64,000 nucleotides of DNA from Acidimicrobiales bacterium (GTDB lineage Bacteria; Actinomycetota; Acidimicrobiia; Acidimicrobiales; MedAcidi-G1): assembly GCA_030748555.1 (NCBI GenBank), contig JASMLT010000001.1, positions 34,914 to 98,913 of the forward strand. The letters run 5' to 3'. Each line of letters starts with the position of its first letter. Position 1 is the first letter of the stretch. A program made the position numbers and the translations under genes. The notes below the pieces were generated by a model. The model made no database searches and was not told the origin of the DNA. It saw only the letters and a list, made by a program, of their open reading frames with translations. Shown here piece by piece: positions 10,021 to 20,106 of this stretch.

Positions 10021-10052
10021 AGATAAGACCCCCTTTTTAGGGGGTCTTATCT
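10021..10052. terminator. Perfect inverted repeat between convergent nrdB and phoX-like gene; probable bidirectional terminator
   Basis: AGATAAGACCCCCT-TTTT-AGGGGGTCTTATCT: 14-bp stem, 4-nt loop. A smaller hairpin TCCGATT-CCCC-AATCGGA lies just upstream. Confidence 0.75.
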
Positions 10053-11599
10053 GATTTCGTAAGAGAATTTGAGCGGTATTTAATTGCCGCGGCTCCAGCT
10101 CCTAGAAAAATAGCGACTCCAATAAATGAACTGATTACTAGCAGGGAATTCGAATCCTCCACGTCTGTATCATCTTTAATGTTTTTTTCCTTTACCTTTT
10201 CAGCGGAGAGTTTTAGCGTGCTTGTAGTAGTTGCTATTTTCTCTGGAACTGATTGAGGGATGACCTCATTAGGAGTATCTACTGACACGTTAGGAGTATC
10301 TACTGACACGTCTTGTTGCAAAGTTGTGGTAGGAACATCTATGGGAATTGTGCTCGAAGTATCGGGAATTTTCAAAGTCCGAAAAGGACCAGAAATTTCA
10401 TAAGTTGCACCTGTGCGGCTCCCGTAAGAACCAACACCCCAGTTGATAGCTGGAATGACATCACGAACTAAGCGGTTGCCTTCGGCTCTCTGGGAACTTA
10501 TATAGAGACGTTTTCTAAACGGATCAAAACATGGGCCTGTTAATGCGGAAAAATCATGTTGTGAGCTGGAGACTCTGCAAAAAGGCTCAACAGAACCTTC
10601 AGGAGTGATTACGACCAATTCCATATTGCCGTTGGTCTCAGCTACAAAAACATCACCTGTTAATGGGTCAACTGTTAGATCATCTATACCAGTAAGGGGT
10701 TGTCTTCCATTTTCTCCATTCCAAATTACCTCATACCGGTTAGAGGAAAGATTTATGGAATGAACTCTGTTATCTAATCTGGTTGAAAAATATACGGAAT
10801 CTTTTTCATACCAGCATCCCATCCCTCCTGCCATTAATTTGCCTTCGTCAACTTTTTCTCTATTTGGAATAGTTCCATCCAAATGGTTTGTGATTTCGAT
10901 CCATTGAATAGATCCGTCACTGTCGACTTTCAAGGCTTCCAATAACCCGTCTTTCAAATTTGGCCATTGGTGAGGTACATATCTGTAAAAAAGTCCTCTT
11001 CGGTGATTTTCAGTCATATAGAGACACTTCCGTTCTTTGTCTATGGCTATGTCACCATGGTTTCTTCGCCCGACTCCTTGAAGTTCTATAGGGAGATCAA
11101 GACCATTTGGATCACACTCCCACACCTTTCCTTTGTTAAATAGATCTGATTCACATGACAACCATGTCCCCCATGGGGTCGCACAACCTCCTGCATTTGA
11201 ATGACTCCAAGCCAAGATCGGGTGAGCATCAATAATCGAACCAGAAACATCAAAATGGATCGAGGAAGCACCTCCCCATGTCTCATTGGGTGTCAGGTAG
11301 TTGCTTACTTCGCTATTAGAAATAAAGAACCATCCTCCACTTCCATCTGGGATACTCCCTGCACCAGAAGGAAACAGATGCCACTGGTAATCGCTTCCTT
11401 CTACTTGATCCCCACCAATAGCTATTACTTTTGATTTGAACCCTTCGGGAAGAATAAATCCATTTTCATCAGGTTCTCTGTCTTTAATTGACCCGTATGG
11501 TCCACCCCCGGATGCTGCTTTTAACAATTCGCCTTCTAGGAGCAATCCGACGCCAGCTAGTCCAGCAATGCTATTTTTTAAAAACGAGCGTCGGTCCAT
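10037..11599 (-). CDS. PhoX-family (DUF839) beta-propeller protein with degenerate metal-ligand motifs; Tat signal and C-terminal membrane anchor
   Basis: MDRRSFLK Tat motif; TPWGTWLSCE, VWECDP and LYISSQR are shared with the neighbour, but NCAGG, HEA, GEG, AED and SE-TG are altered; C-terminal hydrophobic helix followed by KYR. Confidence 0.85.
   Translation of the reverse strand: MDRRSFLKNSIAGLAGVGLLLEGELLKAASGGGPYGSIKDREPDENGFILPEGFKSKVIAIGGDQVEGSDYQWHLFPSGAGSIPDGSGGWFFISNSEVSNYLTPNETWGGASSIHFDVSGSIIDAHPILAWSHSNAGGCATPWGTWLSCESDLFNKGKVWECDPNGLDLPIELQGVGRRNHGDIAIDKERKCLYMTENHRRGLFYRYVPHQWPNLKDGLLEALKVDSDGSIQWIEITNHLDGTIPNREKVDEGKLMAGGMGCWYEKDSVYFSTRLDNRVHSINLSSNRYEVIWNGENGRQPLTGIDDLTVDPLTGDVFVAETNGNMELVVITPEGSVEPFCRVSSSQHDFSALTGPCFDPFRKRLYISSQRAEGNRLVRDVIPAINWGVGSYGSRTGATYEISGPFRTLKIPDTSSTIPIDVPTTTLQQDVSVDTPNVSVDTPNEVIPQSVPEKIATTTSTLKLSAEKVKEKNIKDDTDVEDSNSLLVISSFIGVAIFLGAGAAAIKYRSNSLTKSDKTP
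10269..10310 (-). repeat. 21-bp in-frame direct repeat x2 (VSVDTPN) in the linker of the phoX-like gene
   Basis: TTAGGAGTATCTACTGACACG occurs twice on the + strand. Confidence 0.85.
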
Positions 11600-11643
11600 T
11601 TCATCTCCTGAACAAAGCTAAACCGACCTTACTTAACTAATAG

Positions 11644-13251
11644 TTATTCAGCGGGGTTTTCTTCTTTTGCTGCCCTTCGACGGACTGCTACGACTACTGC
11701 GATCACGGCAGCGACTGCTGCTGACACTCCGCCTATAAGTCCCCCATTGCTTCCCTTGTCATCTTTTGCTGAGGCTGCTGTTTCTACTGCTCTTGTCAAA
11801 GTGGTTGTAGGCGCTGCAGTGGTAGTTGTAGGCGCTGCAGTGGTCGTAGTAGGCGCTGCAGTGGTCGTAGTCGGCGCTGCAGTGGTCGTAGTCGGCGCTG
11901 CAGTGGTCGTAGTAGGCGCTGCAGTGGTCGTAGTAGGCGCTGCAGTGGTCGTAGTAGGCGCTGCAGTGGTCGTAGTCGGCGCTGCAGTGGTCGTAGTAGT
12001 TGGAGGTGGTGGAACAAACCTTCCTCTAAATGGCCCCGAAATCTCGTATGTGACTCCGGCATTGTAGTGACTGCCATCGGCATATGCAGGAACAACTTCA
12101 ATAGCCTGTTTGTTTGATGGGCCTCTTTGCGAACTGAAATAAAGACGATCTCTGTTCGGGTTAAAACACGGTCCTGTCATTTCGGACCCTTCGTGTGCTA
12201 GGTCGGCAAGACGACAAAATGGTGCAACTTCTCCTTCAGGGCTTATAACCACAAGTTCCATATTCCCACCGTCTTCAGCGACAAATAGATCACCTGAGCC
12301 TTCTTCTACGGTGACGTTGTCAACTCCAGTTAACGGTTGCCTGTCATCGATACCATCCCAAATCAATTCATATCTCTGGTTCCTGAGATCAACACTGTGG
12401 ATTCGGTTATTACCTTTTGTAGCAAACCAAATCCATCCATTGTGGTACCAAATTCCTTCACCTCCATCTGTGATAAAGGCTCCAGGAATTTGTTCTTCAG
12501 TGGGAACAGAAGCACCAGAAGGATCATCTATTCTTTCCCATGTAACATTTTCGCCGTCTGATACAAGCATGGCTTCTAGAATTCCACTGGAAAGATCCGG
12601 ATATGTATCCGGAGTGAACCTGTAAAGTAAACCATTATTTTTGTCCTGAGTTAGATACAACTTTTCATCCACTGGATCGACGGCGACAGCCTCATGGGCA
12701 AAATACCCCATCGCATCTCTAGCAATTGCAGGATTTTTTCCAGTCGGATCACATTCCCAGACTTTGCCCCATAACGGAGGGAAAAACCCTTCTTCACATG
12801 AAAGCCACGTACCCCAAGGAGTTGGACCGCCGGCACAGTTGGAATGACTACCTTCTAAAATTGGGAAGGCGTCAATTATTTCAGCGTCTTTATTGAAATG
12901 TATGGAAGAGACTCCTCCATGTCCTTCAAAACCTGTCATAAAATTAAAGACTTCACTGTTGCATGCGTAGTACCATCCGCCATCTCCGTCAGGGAAAGTC
13001 GATGCACCATCTGGAAAGATATGCCATTGATGAGATGTGTTTGGAACCAAATCTCCCGAGGTGGCGATAACTCTGGAGGTGAAACCTTCTGGGAGAATTA
13101 TTCCATTGGCATCTGGTTGAATTCCTTCTAGCGAGCCGTAAGGTCCAACTCCCGGCTCTGCGGCAGACACAGCAGCCATATCTAAAGTCGAAATCATCCC
13201 AACTCCTGCTGCACCTATTAGTCCATTTCTTAAGAACTGTCTACGATCCAT
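11644..13251 (-). CDS. phoX: Alkaline phosphatase PhoX family (DUF839), Tat-exported, Thr/Pro linker and C-terminal anchor
   Basis: MDRRQFLR Tat motif (likely start 13251; ORF track 13278); PDG, NSE, NCAGG, CEE, HEAVAVD, TQD, GGEG, VDN, AEDGG and SEMTGP are retained; TM helix plus RRR tail. Confidence 0.85.
   Translation of the reverse strand: MDRRQFLRNGLIGAAGVGMISTLDMAAVSAAEPGVGPYGSLEGIQPDANGIILPEGFTSRVIATSGDLVPNTSHQWHIFPDGASTFPDGDGGWYYACNSEVFNFMTGFEGHGGVSSIHFNKDAEIIDAFPILEGSHSNCAGGPTPWGTWLSCEEGFFPPLWGKVWECDPTGKNPAIARDAMGYFAHEAVAVDPVDEKLYLTQDKNNGLLYRFTPDTYPDLSSGILEAMLVSDGENVTWERIDDPSGASVPTEEQIPGAFITDGGEGIWYHNGWIWFATKGNNRIHSVDLRNQRYELIWDGIDDRQPLTGVDNVTVEEGSGDLFVAEDGGNMELVVISPEGEVAPFCRLADLAHEGSEMTGPCFNPNRDRLYFSSQRGPSNKQAIEVVPAYADGSHYNAGVTYEISGPFRGRFVPPPPTTTTTAAPTTTTAAPTTTTAAPTTTTAAPTTTTAAPTTTTAAPTTTTAAPTTTTAAPTTTTAAPTTTLTRAVETAASAKDDKGSNGGLIGGVSAAVAAVIAVVVAVRRRAAKEENPAE
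11810..11998 (-). repeat. In-frame 21-bp tandem repeat x9 encoding (TTTTAAP)n
   Basis: GGCGCTGCAGTGGT core recurs every 21 bp from 11810 to 11978 on the + strand, with only synonymous variation. Confidence 0.95.
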
Positions 13252-13314
13252 GGTACGAACACTAACGCTCAATCTCATTTCAAAGAAATTGGAGCGACTT
13301 TCTATTTTGAGTGG

Positions 13315-14295
13315 TTAGTTTTTTCGAAATATCTCAAGCAATCTTTCAGCTGCAGCTGTAGCGCTGATTTTCCCCTCTAGAACTGTCTTTTCTAATTGAG
13401 GAACTTGTTCATTTACAGAAGGGTGATCATGCAAATCAGAAGATAAACGCTCTTCTACTATTGACCACATCCACTTCAGTTTTTGGATTTTTCTACGTTC
13501 TGCCCACTCTCCACTGTTCTCAAGAACTTTTTTATGATCTTTAATTTTCTCCCATACTTCATCAAGACCTTCTCCTGTTAATGAACTGCAGTTAACTACT
13601 GGGGGCATCCAGTTGGAAGTCGCTGGTTGTGTGAGCCTAAGTGCGGAAATGTAATCCTTAGCTGCTTCAAAAGCTTTGGATTCATTTTCACCATCCGTTT
13701 TATTAACAGCAATCATGTCTGCCAGTTCCAAAACTCCTTTTTTGATTCCTTGTAGTTCATCTCCTGCCCCAGGAAGCATCAAAACCAAAAAAATATCTAC
13801 CATTTCAGCTACGACAGTTTCTGATTGACCTATCCCAACTGTCTCCACCATTACTATGTCGTAACCTGCAGACTCAAGCAGAACCATGGATTCCCGTGTT
13901 GTTCTAGTTACCCCGCCTAAAGTTCCTGAACTGGGTGAGGGTCGCACAAAAGCATTGGGGTCATTCGCTAAACGAGTCATTCTAGTTTTATCGCCTAATA
14001 TGCTTCCACCGCTAACAGTGCTGGTCGGGTCGACAGCTAGAACTGCCACTTTGTGTCCGGATTCTATGAGTTTGCTTCCCATCGCTTCAATAAATGTGCT
14101 TTTACCGACGCCTGGGACACCCGTAATTCCTATTCGATGTGCTTCACCCGTTTTTGAAGAAATCTGAGATAAGAGACTTTCAACTACTTCTCGGTCATCT
14201 GATCTGCTCGACTCAACTAAAGTAAGAGCCTTTCCAAGAGATGTTCGATCCCCCTGTAAAACCCCTTTGACCAGTTCGTCTAGGTCAACCTTCAC
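13315..14295 (-). CDS. meaB: Methylmalonyl-CoA mutase-associated GTPase MeaB
   Basis: [52 protein letters not shown]; overlaps the mutase stop. Confidence 0.95.
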   Translation of the reverse strand: MKVDLDELVKGVLQGDRTSLGKALTLVESSRSDDREVVESLLSQISSKTGEAHRIGITGVPGVGKSTFIEAMGSKLIESGHKVAVLAVDPTSTVSGGSILGDKTRMTRLANDPNAFVRPSPSSGTLGGVTRTTRESMVLLESAGYDIVMVETVGIGQSETVVAEMVDIFLVLMLPGAGDELQGIKKGVLELADMIAVNKTDGENESKAFEAAKDYISALRLTQPATSNWMPPVVNCSSLTGEGLDEVWEKIKDHKKVLENSGEWAERRKIQKLKWMWSIVEERLSSDLHDHPSVNEQVPQLEKTVLEGKISATAAAERLLEIFRKN

Positions 14296-16448
14296 GACAA
14301 TTTCTCTAAAAGTTCAAGAGCGGCTTCAGCAATAACTGTTCCAGAAGGGAACACTGCTGCAACTCCAGCGTTTTTAAGTGCGTCAAAATCATCTGGAGGT
14401 ATCACTCCCCCTACCACAATAGCGATGTCTCCGCGTCCTAAAGATTCAAGTCCTTCTTTCAACTGTGGGATCAGAGTTAAATGGCCTGCGGCTAAAGAAC
14501 TTACACCTACAACATGTACGTCATTTTCAACTGCCTGCATCGCAGTCTCAGAAGGTGTTGCAAACAAGGGTCCTATATCAACATCAAAACCTAAATCTGC
14601 AAAAGCAGTGGCTATTACTTTTTGACCACGGTCATGACCATCCTGTCCGATTTTTGCAACAAGAATCCTAGGACGTCTTCCAGAGTCGGTTTCAAACTTG
14701 TCAGCGCGATCTCTAACAGTTTGGACGGCTTCATTGTCCCCTACTTCACTGCTAAATACTCCTGAAATTGTTCTTACCTCCGCTCTATGGCGTCCAAAAA
14801 TCTTTTCAAGCGCATCGCTTATTTCTCCGACCGTAGCTCGCGCTCGTGCAGCTTTCACCGATGCAGCTAATAAGTTTTGATTTTTTTCCGCAGCTTTTGT
14901 CAACTCTTCAAGGGCGATCTGACACTGTTTCTGATCACGTGTGGCTTTCAGTTCTTCAAGCTGAGCGATTTGTGATGATCTAACTTCAGCATTGTCGACT
15001 CTAAGAACATTCACTACCGATTCCGTTTCCGGACGATACCTATTTACTCCTATGACCGACTGCTGTCCAGAGTCAATACGGGCTTGAGTTCTTGCAGCCG
15101 CTTCTTCGATGCGTAACTTTGGTATTCCAGCTTCGATAGCTTTTGCCATGCCGCCTGAATTTTCGATCTCATCAATGTGTTCCATTGCTTTTTCTGCTAG
15201 GTCATTCGTGAGTCTTTCCACATAGTAGCTTCCACCCCAAGGGTCGATGACTCTGCATGAATCGGTTTCTTCTTGAAGAAAAACTTGGGTGTCGCGTGCG
15301 ATTTTTGCCGAGAAATCGGTTGGTAAAGCTAAAGCTTCGTCAAAGGAATTCGTGTGAAGTGATTGCGTGTGACCTTGGGTTGCAGCCATGGCTTCTATGC
15401 ACGTCCTAATCACATTGTTATAAGGGTCTTGGGCTGTAAGACTCCAACCGGATGTCTGGCAATGTGTTCGAAGTGATAGGGAGCGGTCATCTTTTGGTTC
15501 GAACTGTGACATCAGCCTTGCCCAAATAAGGCGGGCTGCTCTCATTTTGGCTACTTCCATGAAAAAATTCATTCCGATTCCCCAGAAGAAACTTATTCTT
15601 GGAGAAAATGAATCTACATCTAAACCTGCTTCTATGCCTGCTCTTACATATTCGATTCCATCTGCCAAGGTGTAAGCCAGTTCTAAATCTGCTGTTGCTC
15701 CAGCTTCTTGCATGTGATAACCAGAAACAGAAATACTGTTGAATCGAGGCATTTCTGAACTTGTATACGAAAAGATGTCAGAAATTATTCTCATAGATGG
15801 TTCTGGTGGGTATATGTAGGTATTTCGAACCATAAATTCTTTGAGAATGTCATTTTGGATTGTGCCGGTTAATGCTTTCGCTGGGACTCCCTGCTCTTCA
15901 GCAGCAACGATATACAAAGCCATTATTGGTAATACAGCACCATTCATCGTCATTGAAACACTCATTTTGTCGAGTGGGATACCGTCAAATAGTTTTTGCA
16001 TATCCAAAATAGAATCAATTGCGACTCCAGCCATGCCTACATCACCTGCTACTCGAGGGTGGTCACTGTCATATCCGCGATGAGTGGCTAGATCAAACGC
16101 AACGGAAATTCCTCTTTGACCATCTTCAAGATTTCGCCGATAGAAAGCATTTGATTCTTCTGCTGTTGAGAATCCACCGTACTGTCTGATTGTCCATGGC
16201 CTGGTTTTATACATTGTTGCATGAGGACCTCTCAAAAAGGGAGCTAAACCTGGCCATCCATTCAAGAAATCTAAGCTTTCTATATCCTTGTGGGTGTAAT
16301 AGTCGTTGATTGATATTTTCTCTGCTGTTTCCCATAGCTGACCGTTATGCTGCTCCGGGTTCGTAGAAGCAAGTTGCGCTATTTCCTTTTCGCTCATTCC
16401 AGTGGTCTGATCGAATTCGATTTTGGAAAAATTAGGAACTTTAGTCAT
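14292..16448 (-). CDS. mutB: Methylmalonyl-CoA mutase large (catalytic, AdoCbl-binding) subunit
   Basis: [32 protein letters not shown], and the B12-binding GQDGHDRG and SSLAAGH motifs. Confidence 0.97.
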   Translation of the reverse strand: MTKVPNFSKIEFDQTTGMSEKEIAQLASTNPEQHNGQLWETAEKISINDYYTHKDIESLDFLNGWPGLAPFLRGPHATMYKTRPWTIRQYGGFSTAEESNAFYRRNLEDGQRGISVAFDLATHRGYDSDHPRVAGDVGMAGVAIDSILDMQKLFDGIPLDKMSVSMTMNGAVLPIMALYIVAAEEQGVPAKALTGTIQNDILKEFMVRNTYIYPPEPSMRIISDIFSYTSSEMPRFNSISVSGYHMQEAGATADLELAYTLADGIEYVRAGIEAGLDVDSFSPRISFFWGIGMNFFMEVAKMRAARLIWARLMSQFEPKDDRSLSLRTHCQTSGWSLTAQDPYNNVIRTCIEAMAATQGHTQSLHTNSFDEALALPTDFSAKIARDTQVFLQEETDSCRVIDPWGGSYYVERLTNDLAEKAMEHIDEIENSGGMAKAIEAGIPKLRIEEAAARTQARIDSGQQSVIGVNRYRPETESVVNVLRVDNAEVRSSQIAQLEELKATRDQKQCQIALEELTKAAEKNQNLLAASVKAARARATVGEISDALEKIFGRHRAEVRTISGVFSSEVGDNEAVQTVRDRADKFETDSGRRPRILVAKIGQDGHDRGQKVIATAFADLGFDVDIGPLFATPSETAMQAVENDVHVVGVSSLAAGHLTLIPQLKEGLESLGRGDIAIVVGGVIPPDDFDALKNAGVAAVFPSGTVIAEAALELLEKLS

Positions 16449-17745
16449 GATCCGAGCCTCGAATTCTTAACAACTCCTGAATTTTTTCTTCATTTTTAAG
16501 AACCTCTACGATGCCTCCTGAAGACTCAATCTGTTGGAAAATTTCCCAAGATTTCTGAGCTAAATGTTCGGTAAGTTCCTCAACGAACCAGGATCCGCCA
16601 GCAGGATCAATGACTCTCCCTATATGGCTTTCTTCTGCAAGTAAAAGTTGGGTATTTCGTGCCATGCGTCTTTCCGATTCTCCTCCGGAAATTTCATCTG
16701 AAAGAGGAAACGGGATCACAGTAATTGCTTCCGCACCACCAATGCCAGCAGCGAATGCTGCAACTGTCGAATTAAATGAATTAAACCAAGGGTCTTTTCC
16801 ACCCATTGTCTTATTGGAAGTGACAGCGTGTTGACTTTGTGTTTGATTTTCAGGTGTACATCCGCATTCTTTTGTTATCTGTGCCCACAATCGTCTAGCT
16901 GCTCGAAATTTTGCGATAGTCATGAACTGGTCACTGTTGGAAGAATAGGTGAAATACATGCTTTTTATAATTGTTTCAATTCCTAGGTCTTTTTCTTCTA
17001 GTTCCCTCAAATAGAAGACCGCCGCGGATAGAGAATATGCGAGTTCTGCAGAAGTTGACCCACTAAGTTCTGGATAAAAACTGCTATCGATATCTATAAC
17101 CTTTGCAAACCCACTTCTGTCTATGAAATCTGGCACCTCTGACAATTCGCTGTCATGCTCACTTTGGATTCCTTTTTGTACAGATACTCCTATTGGATCT
17201 ACTCCTAGTCCCCCATGACGTTCAGGATTTCCTATACCACGTTGGTCCCATAATTCGATCATCCATTTCGCAATCTCTGATCCCTTCAAACCAGGCTTGA
17301 ACCAAATGCTGGTCATATTCAAAAAAACCTCTTCTAGAGTTTTATCTAAATCGGTGACCGACTTAATTCCAATTTTCTCGGAATCTATAAATAATGAAGT
17401 GGAACCATTTAAAAGTTCATTTAACGCAGATGCATTAGCTAATTCAGTGGTGGAGTCATCAATTAAAGCTCGGATATCCCAAGTCCCATTTTCATTTCCA
17501 CTTCTATTAATTCCTCGTGTAAATGGAGTTGTGCCAGGGACTCCAGCAGGGTTTGTAGAATTTTGATCTTCGGAACTGTAAATTGCTTTTATTTCAATTT
17601 CGTCATCGGTGATTTCGTGTAGAGAATCGATTGACTTACCTGACAGTGTCTCTAAAGCTAAATCTTCCCAGTCTTGCCGAGAGTATGCGTTAAAAACCTC
17701 CGACATGTTTATGGCTTCTTTTTCAGATCGGGAGTTATTCACCAT
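16441..17745 (-). CDS. mutA: Methylmalonyl-CoA mutase small subunit, C-terminally shortened
   Basis: [53 protein letters not shown]; overlaps the mutB start; the true start may be 17706. Confidence 0.85.
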   Translation of the reverse strand: MVNNSRSEKEAINMSEVFNAYSRQDWEDLALETLSGKSIDSLHEITDDEIEIKAIYSSEDQNSTNPAGVPGTTPFTRGINRSGNENGTWDIRALIDDSTTELANASALNELLNGSTSLFIDSEKIGIKSVTDLDKTLEEVFLNMTSIWFKPGLKGSEIAKWMIELWDQRGIGNPERHGGLGVDPIGVSVQKGIQSEHDSELSEVPDFIDRSGFAKVIDIDSSFYPELSGSTSAELAYSLSAAVFYLRELEEKDLGIETIIKSMYFTYSSNSDQFMTIAKFRAARRLWAQITKECGCTPENQTQSQHAVTSNKTMGGKDPWFNSFNSTVAAFAAGIGGAEAITVIPFPLSDEISGGESERRMARNTQLLLAEESHIGRVIDPAGGSWFVEELTEHLAQKSWEIFQQIESSGGIVEVLKNEEKIQELLRIRGSDHD

Positions 17746-17905
17746 ACTTTGATGGTATTTGAGAAAATGTCTTCAAGATCACCACTTGTGACTAATTACC
17801 CTATTTTGAAGCGAAATTTTTTTAAAAACTTATTGTACGGTGGGTTCTGAAAAGAAAAAGATTGCCAACTAAGCGATCTTCTTTGACTTCTGGAAAGATT
17901 CATTT

Positions 17906-18943
17906 ATGCGAATATCTACTCTTTTAAACTACGCCAACGATCCAAAGGACTCAGCAAGACAAGCTAAAGATTTGGAGTCTGCGGGTGTAGACATGATCTG
18001 GATACCTGAGGCTTATGGTTTTGATGCTGTGAGCCTTTTGGGTTATTTGGCCGCTGAAACTGAGACAGTAGGTCTCGGTAGTGGAATTTTAAATACATAT
18101 AGCAGGACTCCAGCTGCTTTGGCTCAAACCGCTGCAAGCCTGGACTCTCTTTCTGGTGGGCGCTTTACACTTGGCTTAGGTGCATCCGGACCTCAAGTGA
18201 TTGAAGGTTTTCACGGGATTCCCTATTCAATGCCTTTGACACGCCTTAGGGAAGTTATGGAGATTTGTCGTCTAGCTTGGAAACGTGAGCCTCTTTCTTA
18301 CAACGGTAAAGTTTTTGATTTACCTCTACCTGCCGAGCAAGGAACTGGGCTGGGAAAACCATTAAAGATCATTAATCACATGCTTAGAGAAGACATACCC
18401 ATCTATGTTGCTTCGCTGGGAGCCAACAGTGTGGAGGAAACAGCAGCATCAGCCAATGGTTGGCTTCCCTTTATGGTTTTTCCTGAGCGAATGGGAACAG
18501 TTTGGGGCGATTCCATCAAAGCCGGTATGGAAAGGAGAGATCCTTCGCTTGGCGATTTTGATGTTGTTGCAGGAGGTTTAGTTGCTATAGGCGATGATGC
18601 CGAACAATATAGAAATATGGCTCGACCGATGGCTGCTCTTTACATAGGAGGTATGGGTGCTAAAGGTAAGAATTTTTACAACGATCTTTGCTGCCAATAC
18701 GGCTTTCCTGATGAAGCTTCAGCAGTTCAGGAAGCTTATTTGGATGGTCGAAGGGAGGAAGCTATGGCCGCTCTTCCTGATGAGTTGATTGAAAAGTCGA
18801 ATATGTGCGGTGACGAAGCATACGTTAAAGATCGCTTGGCCGCCTATAAGGAAGCGGGGGTTACGAGCCTTAATGTGACACCTATTGGTGGTGACCCTGC
18901 TGCCATTTTGGGTCGCTTACGTGAATTAGCTGAACACGTCTAA
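17906..18943 (+). CDS. LLM-class F420-dependent oxidoreductase
   Basis: EAYGFDA, SRTPA, LGLGASGPQVIEGFHG, LYIGGMGAKGKNFYN. Confidence 0.9.
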   Translation: MRISTLLNYANDPKDSARQAKDLESAGVDMIWIPEAYGFDAVSLLGYLAAETETVGLGSGILNTYSRTPAALAQTAASLDSLSGGRFTLGLGASGPQVIEGFHGIPYSMPLTRLREVMEICRLAWKREPLSYNGKVFDLPLPAEQGTGLGKPLKIINHMLREDIPIYVASLGANSVEETAASANGWLPFMVFPERMGTVWGDSIKAGMERRDPSLGDFDVVAGGLVAIGDDAEQYRNMARPMAALYIGGMGAKGKNFYNDLCCQYGFPDEASAVQEAYLDGRREEAMAALPDELIEKSNMCGDEAYVKDRLAAYKEAGVTSLNVTPIGGDPAAILGRLRELAEHV

Positions 18944-18952
18944 TAGGCCTAA

Positions 18953-20104
18953 ATGTCGGATAATTTCACCCCTCTTGTCATCTCTGTTGATGATGACGAG
19001 ATAGCAGATCTCAAAGAACGTTTAGAAAGAACTAGGTGGCCTGATCATTTACCTGATGCGGGATGGGATTATGGCATCGACGCGAATTTGGTCAGGAACC
19101 TCGCGGCGTATTGGAAAGATGAATTTGACTGGCGTTCTTTCGAAACTTACTTAAACTCTTTTAATAATCTGACTACTGATATTGATGGTCAACGCATCCA
19201 CACCATCCATGAACGTTCGAAAAATCCTGATGCTCTTCCGCTGTTGATAAGCCATGGTTGGCCGGGTTCAATAGTCGAATTTCTCGATGTAATAGGCCCT
19301 TTAACAAATCCGCAAGATTACGGCGGTGATGAATCTGATGCTTTTCATGTGATCGTTCCTTCTCTGCCGGGTTATGGACTGTCCGGACCTACTTCTGAGC
19401 GTGGGTGGGGGCCTACACGAATAGCTCGTGCTTTTGCCGAATTGTCTAAGACTTTGGGTTATGACCGCTATGGCGTACAGGGAGGCGATTGGGGTTCAAT
19501 TATTTCCCGTGAGATATGTCGCGTAGCTCCAGAAAATGTGACCGGATGTCACATAACCATGCTGACAGGGGGCCCTCCGGGGAAGTCAGATGATATGGAA
19601 GATATAACAGATATTGAACAGCAATTGCTTGATCGGGCTGCTTGGTACCAAGCAGAAGATGATGGCTACTTCCGGATTCAACAAACAAGACCTCAGACTC
19701 TTGGCACTGGCTTGAATGATAGCCCCGCTGGACTTTTAGCTTGGATCACCGAAAAGTTCTACGGTTGGACCGACAATGATGGCGATCTTCTCAATACTGT
19801 TGATAAAGACAAGCTCTTGGCAAACGTTTCTCTTTATTGGTTCACTGGAACCATAAATTCGTCAACACGAATTTATTATGAGATGTTTAAAACTCTTGAG
19901 CCCGGTTTCGGTTCAACTGGTGACACACCTGTCGGTGTGTCGATTTTTCCATATGAACTAATGATGCCACGCCGGCGCTGGGTTGAAGATTCAATGAACT
20001 TGGTTCTATGGGCTGAACATGAAAAAGGTGGGCATTTCGCTTCTTTAGAAACTCCCGAAGTTTTCGTCGAAGATGTCCGAGAATGTTTTAGAGGGTTGCG
20101 TTAA
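18953..20104 (+). CDS. Epoxide hydrolase (microsomal-type, EHN domain)
   Basis: HGWPGS, QGGDWG nucleophile motif, DSPAGLLAWI, GGHFA. Confidence 0.92.
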   Translation: MSDNFTPLVISVDDDEIADLKERLERTRWPDHLPDAGWDYGIDANLVRNLAAYWKDEFDWRSFETYLNSFNNLTTDIDGQRIHTIHERSKNPDALPLLISHGWPGSIVEFLDVIGPLTNPQDYGGDESDAFHVIVPSLPGYGLSGPTSERGWGPTRIARAFAELSKTLGYDRYGVQGGDWGSIISREICRVAPENVTGCHITMLTGGPPGKSDDMEDITDIEQQLLDRAAWYQAEDDGYFRIQQTRPQTLGTGLNDSPAGLLAWITEKFYGWTDNDGDLLNTVDKDKLLANVSLYWFTGTINSSTRIYYEMFKTLEPGFGSTGDTPVGVSIFPYELMMPRRRWVEDSMNLVLWAEHEKGGHFASLETPEVFVEDVRECFRGLR

Positions 20105-20106
20105 AT

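Noticed and set aside
11810-11998. Regular 21-bp repeats (and the 12-bp repeats at 1424-1516) as a CRISPR array
   Set aside because: No unique spacers, the units are in-frame peptide repeats, and no cas genes are present.
11747-12101. ORF-track entries 11747..12067 (+, poly-Val) and 11796..12101 (-, RPLQ repeats)
   Set aside because: Alternate-frame shadows of the PhoX stalk repeat.
13252-13314. Pho box upstream of phoX
   Set aside because: No 11-bp-spaced GTTCA-type direct repeats could be seen.
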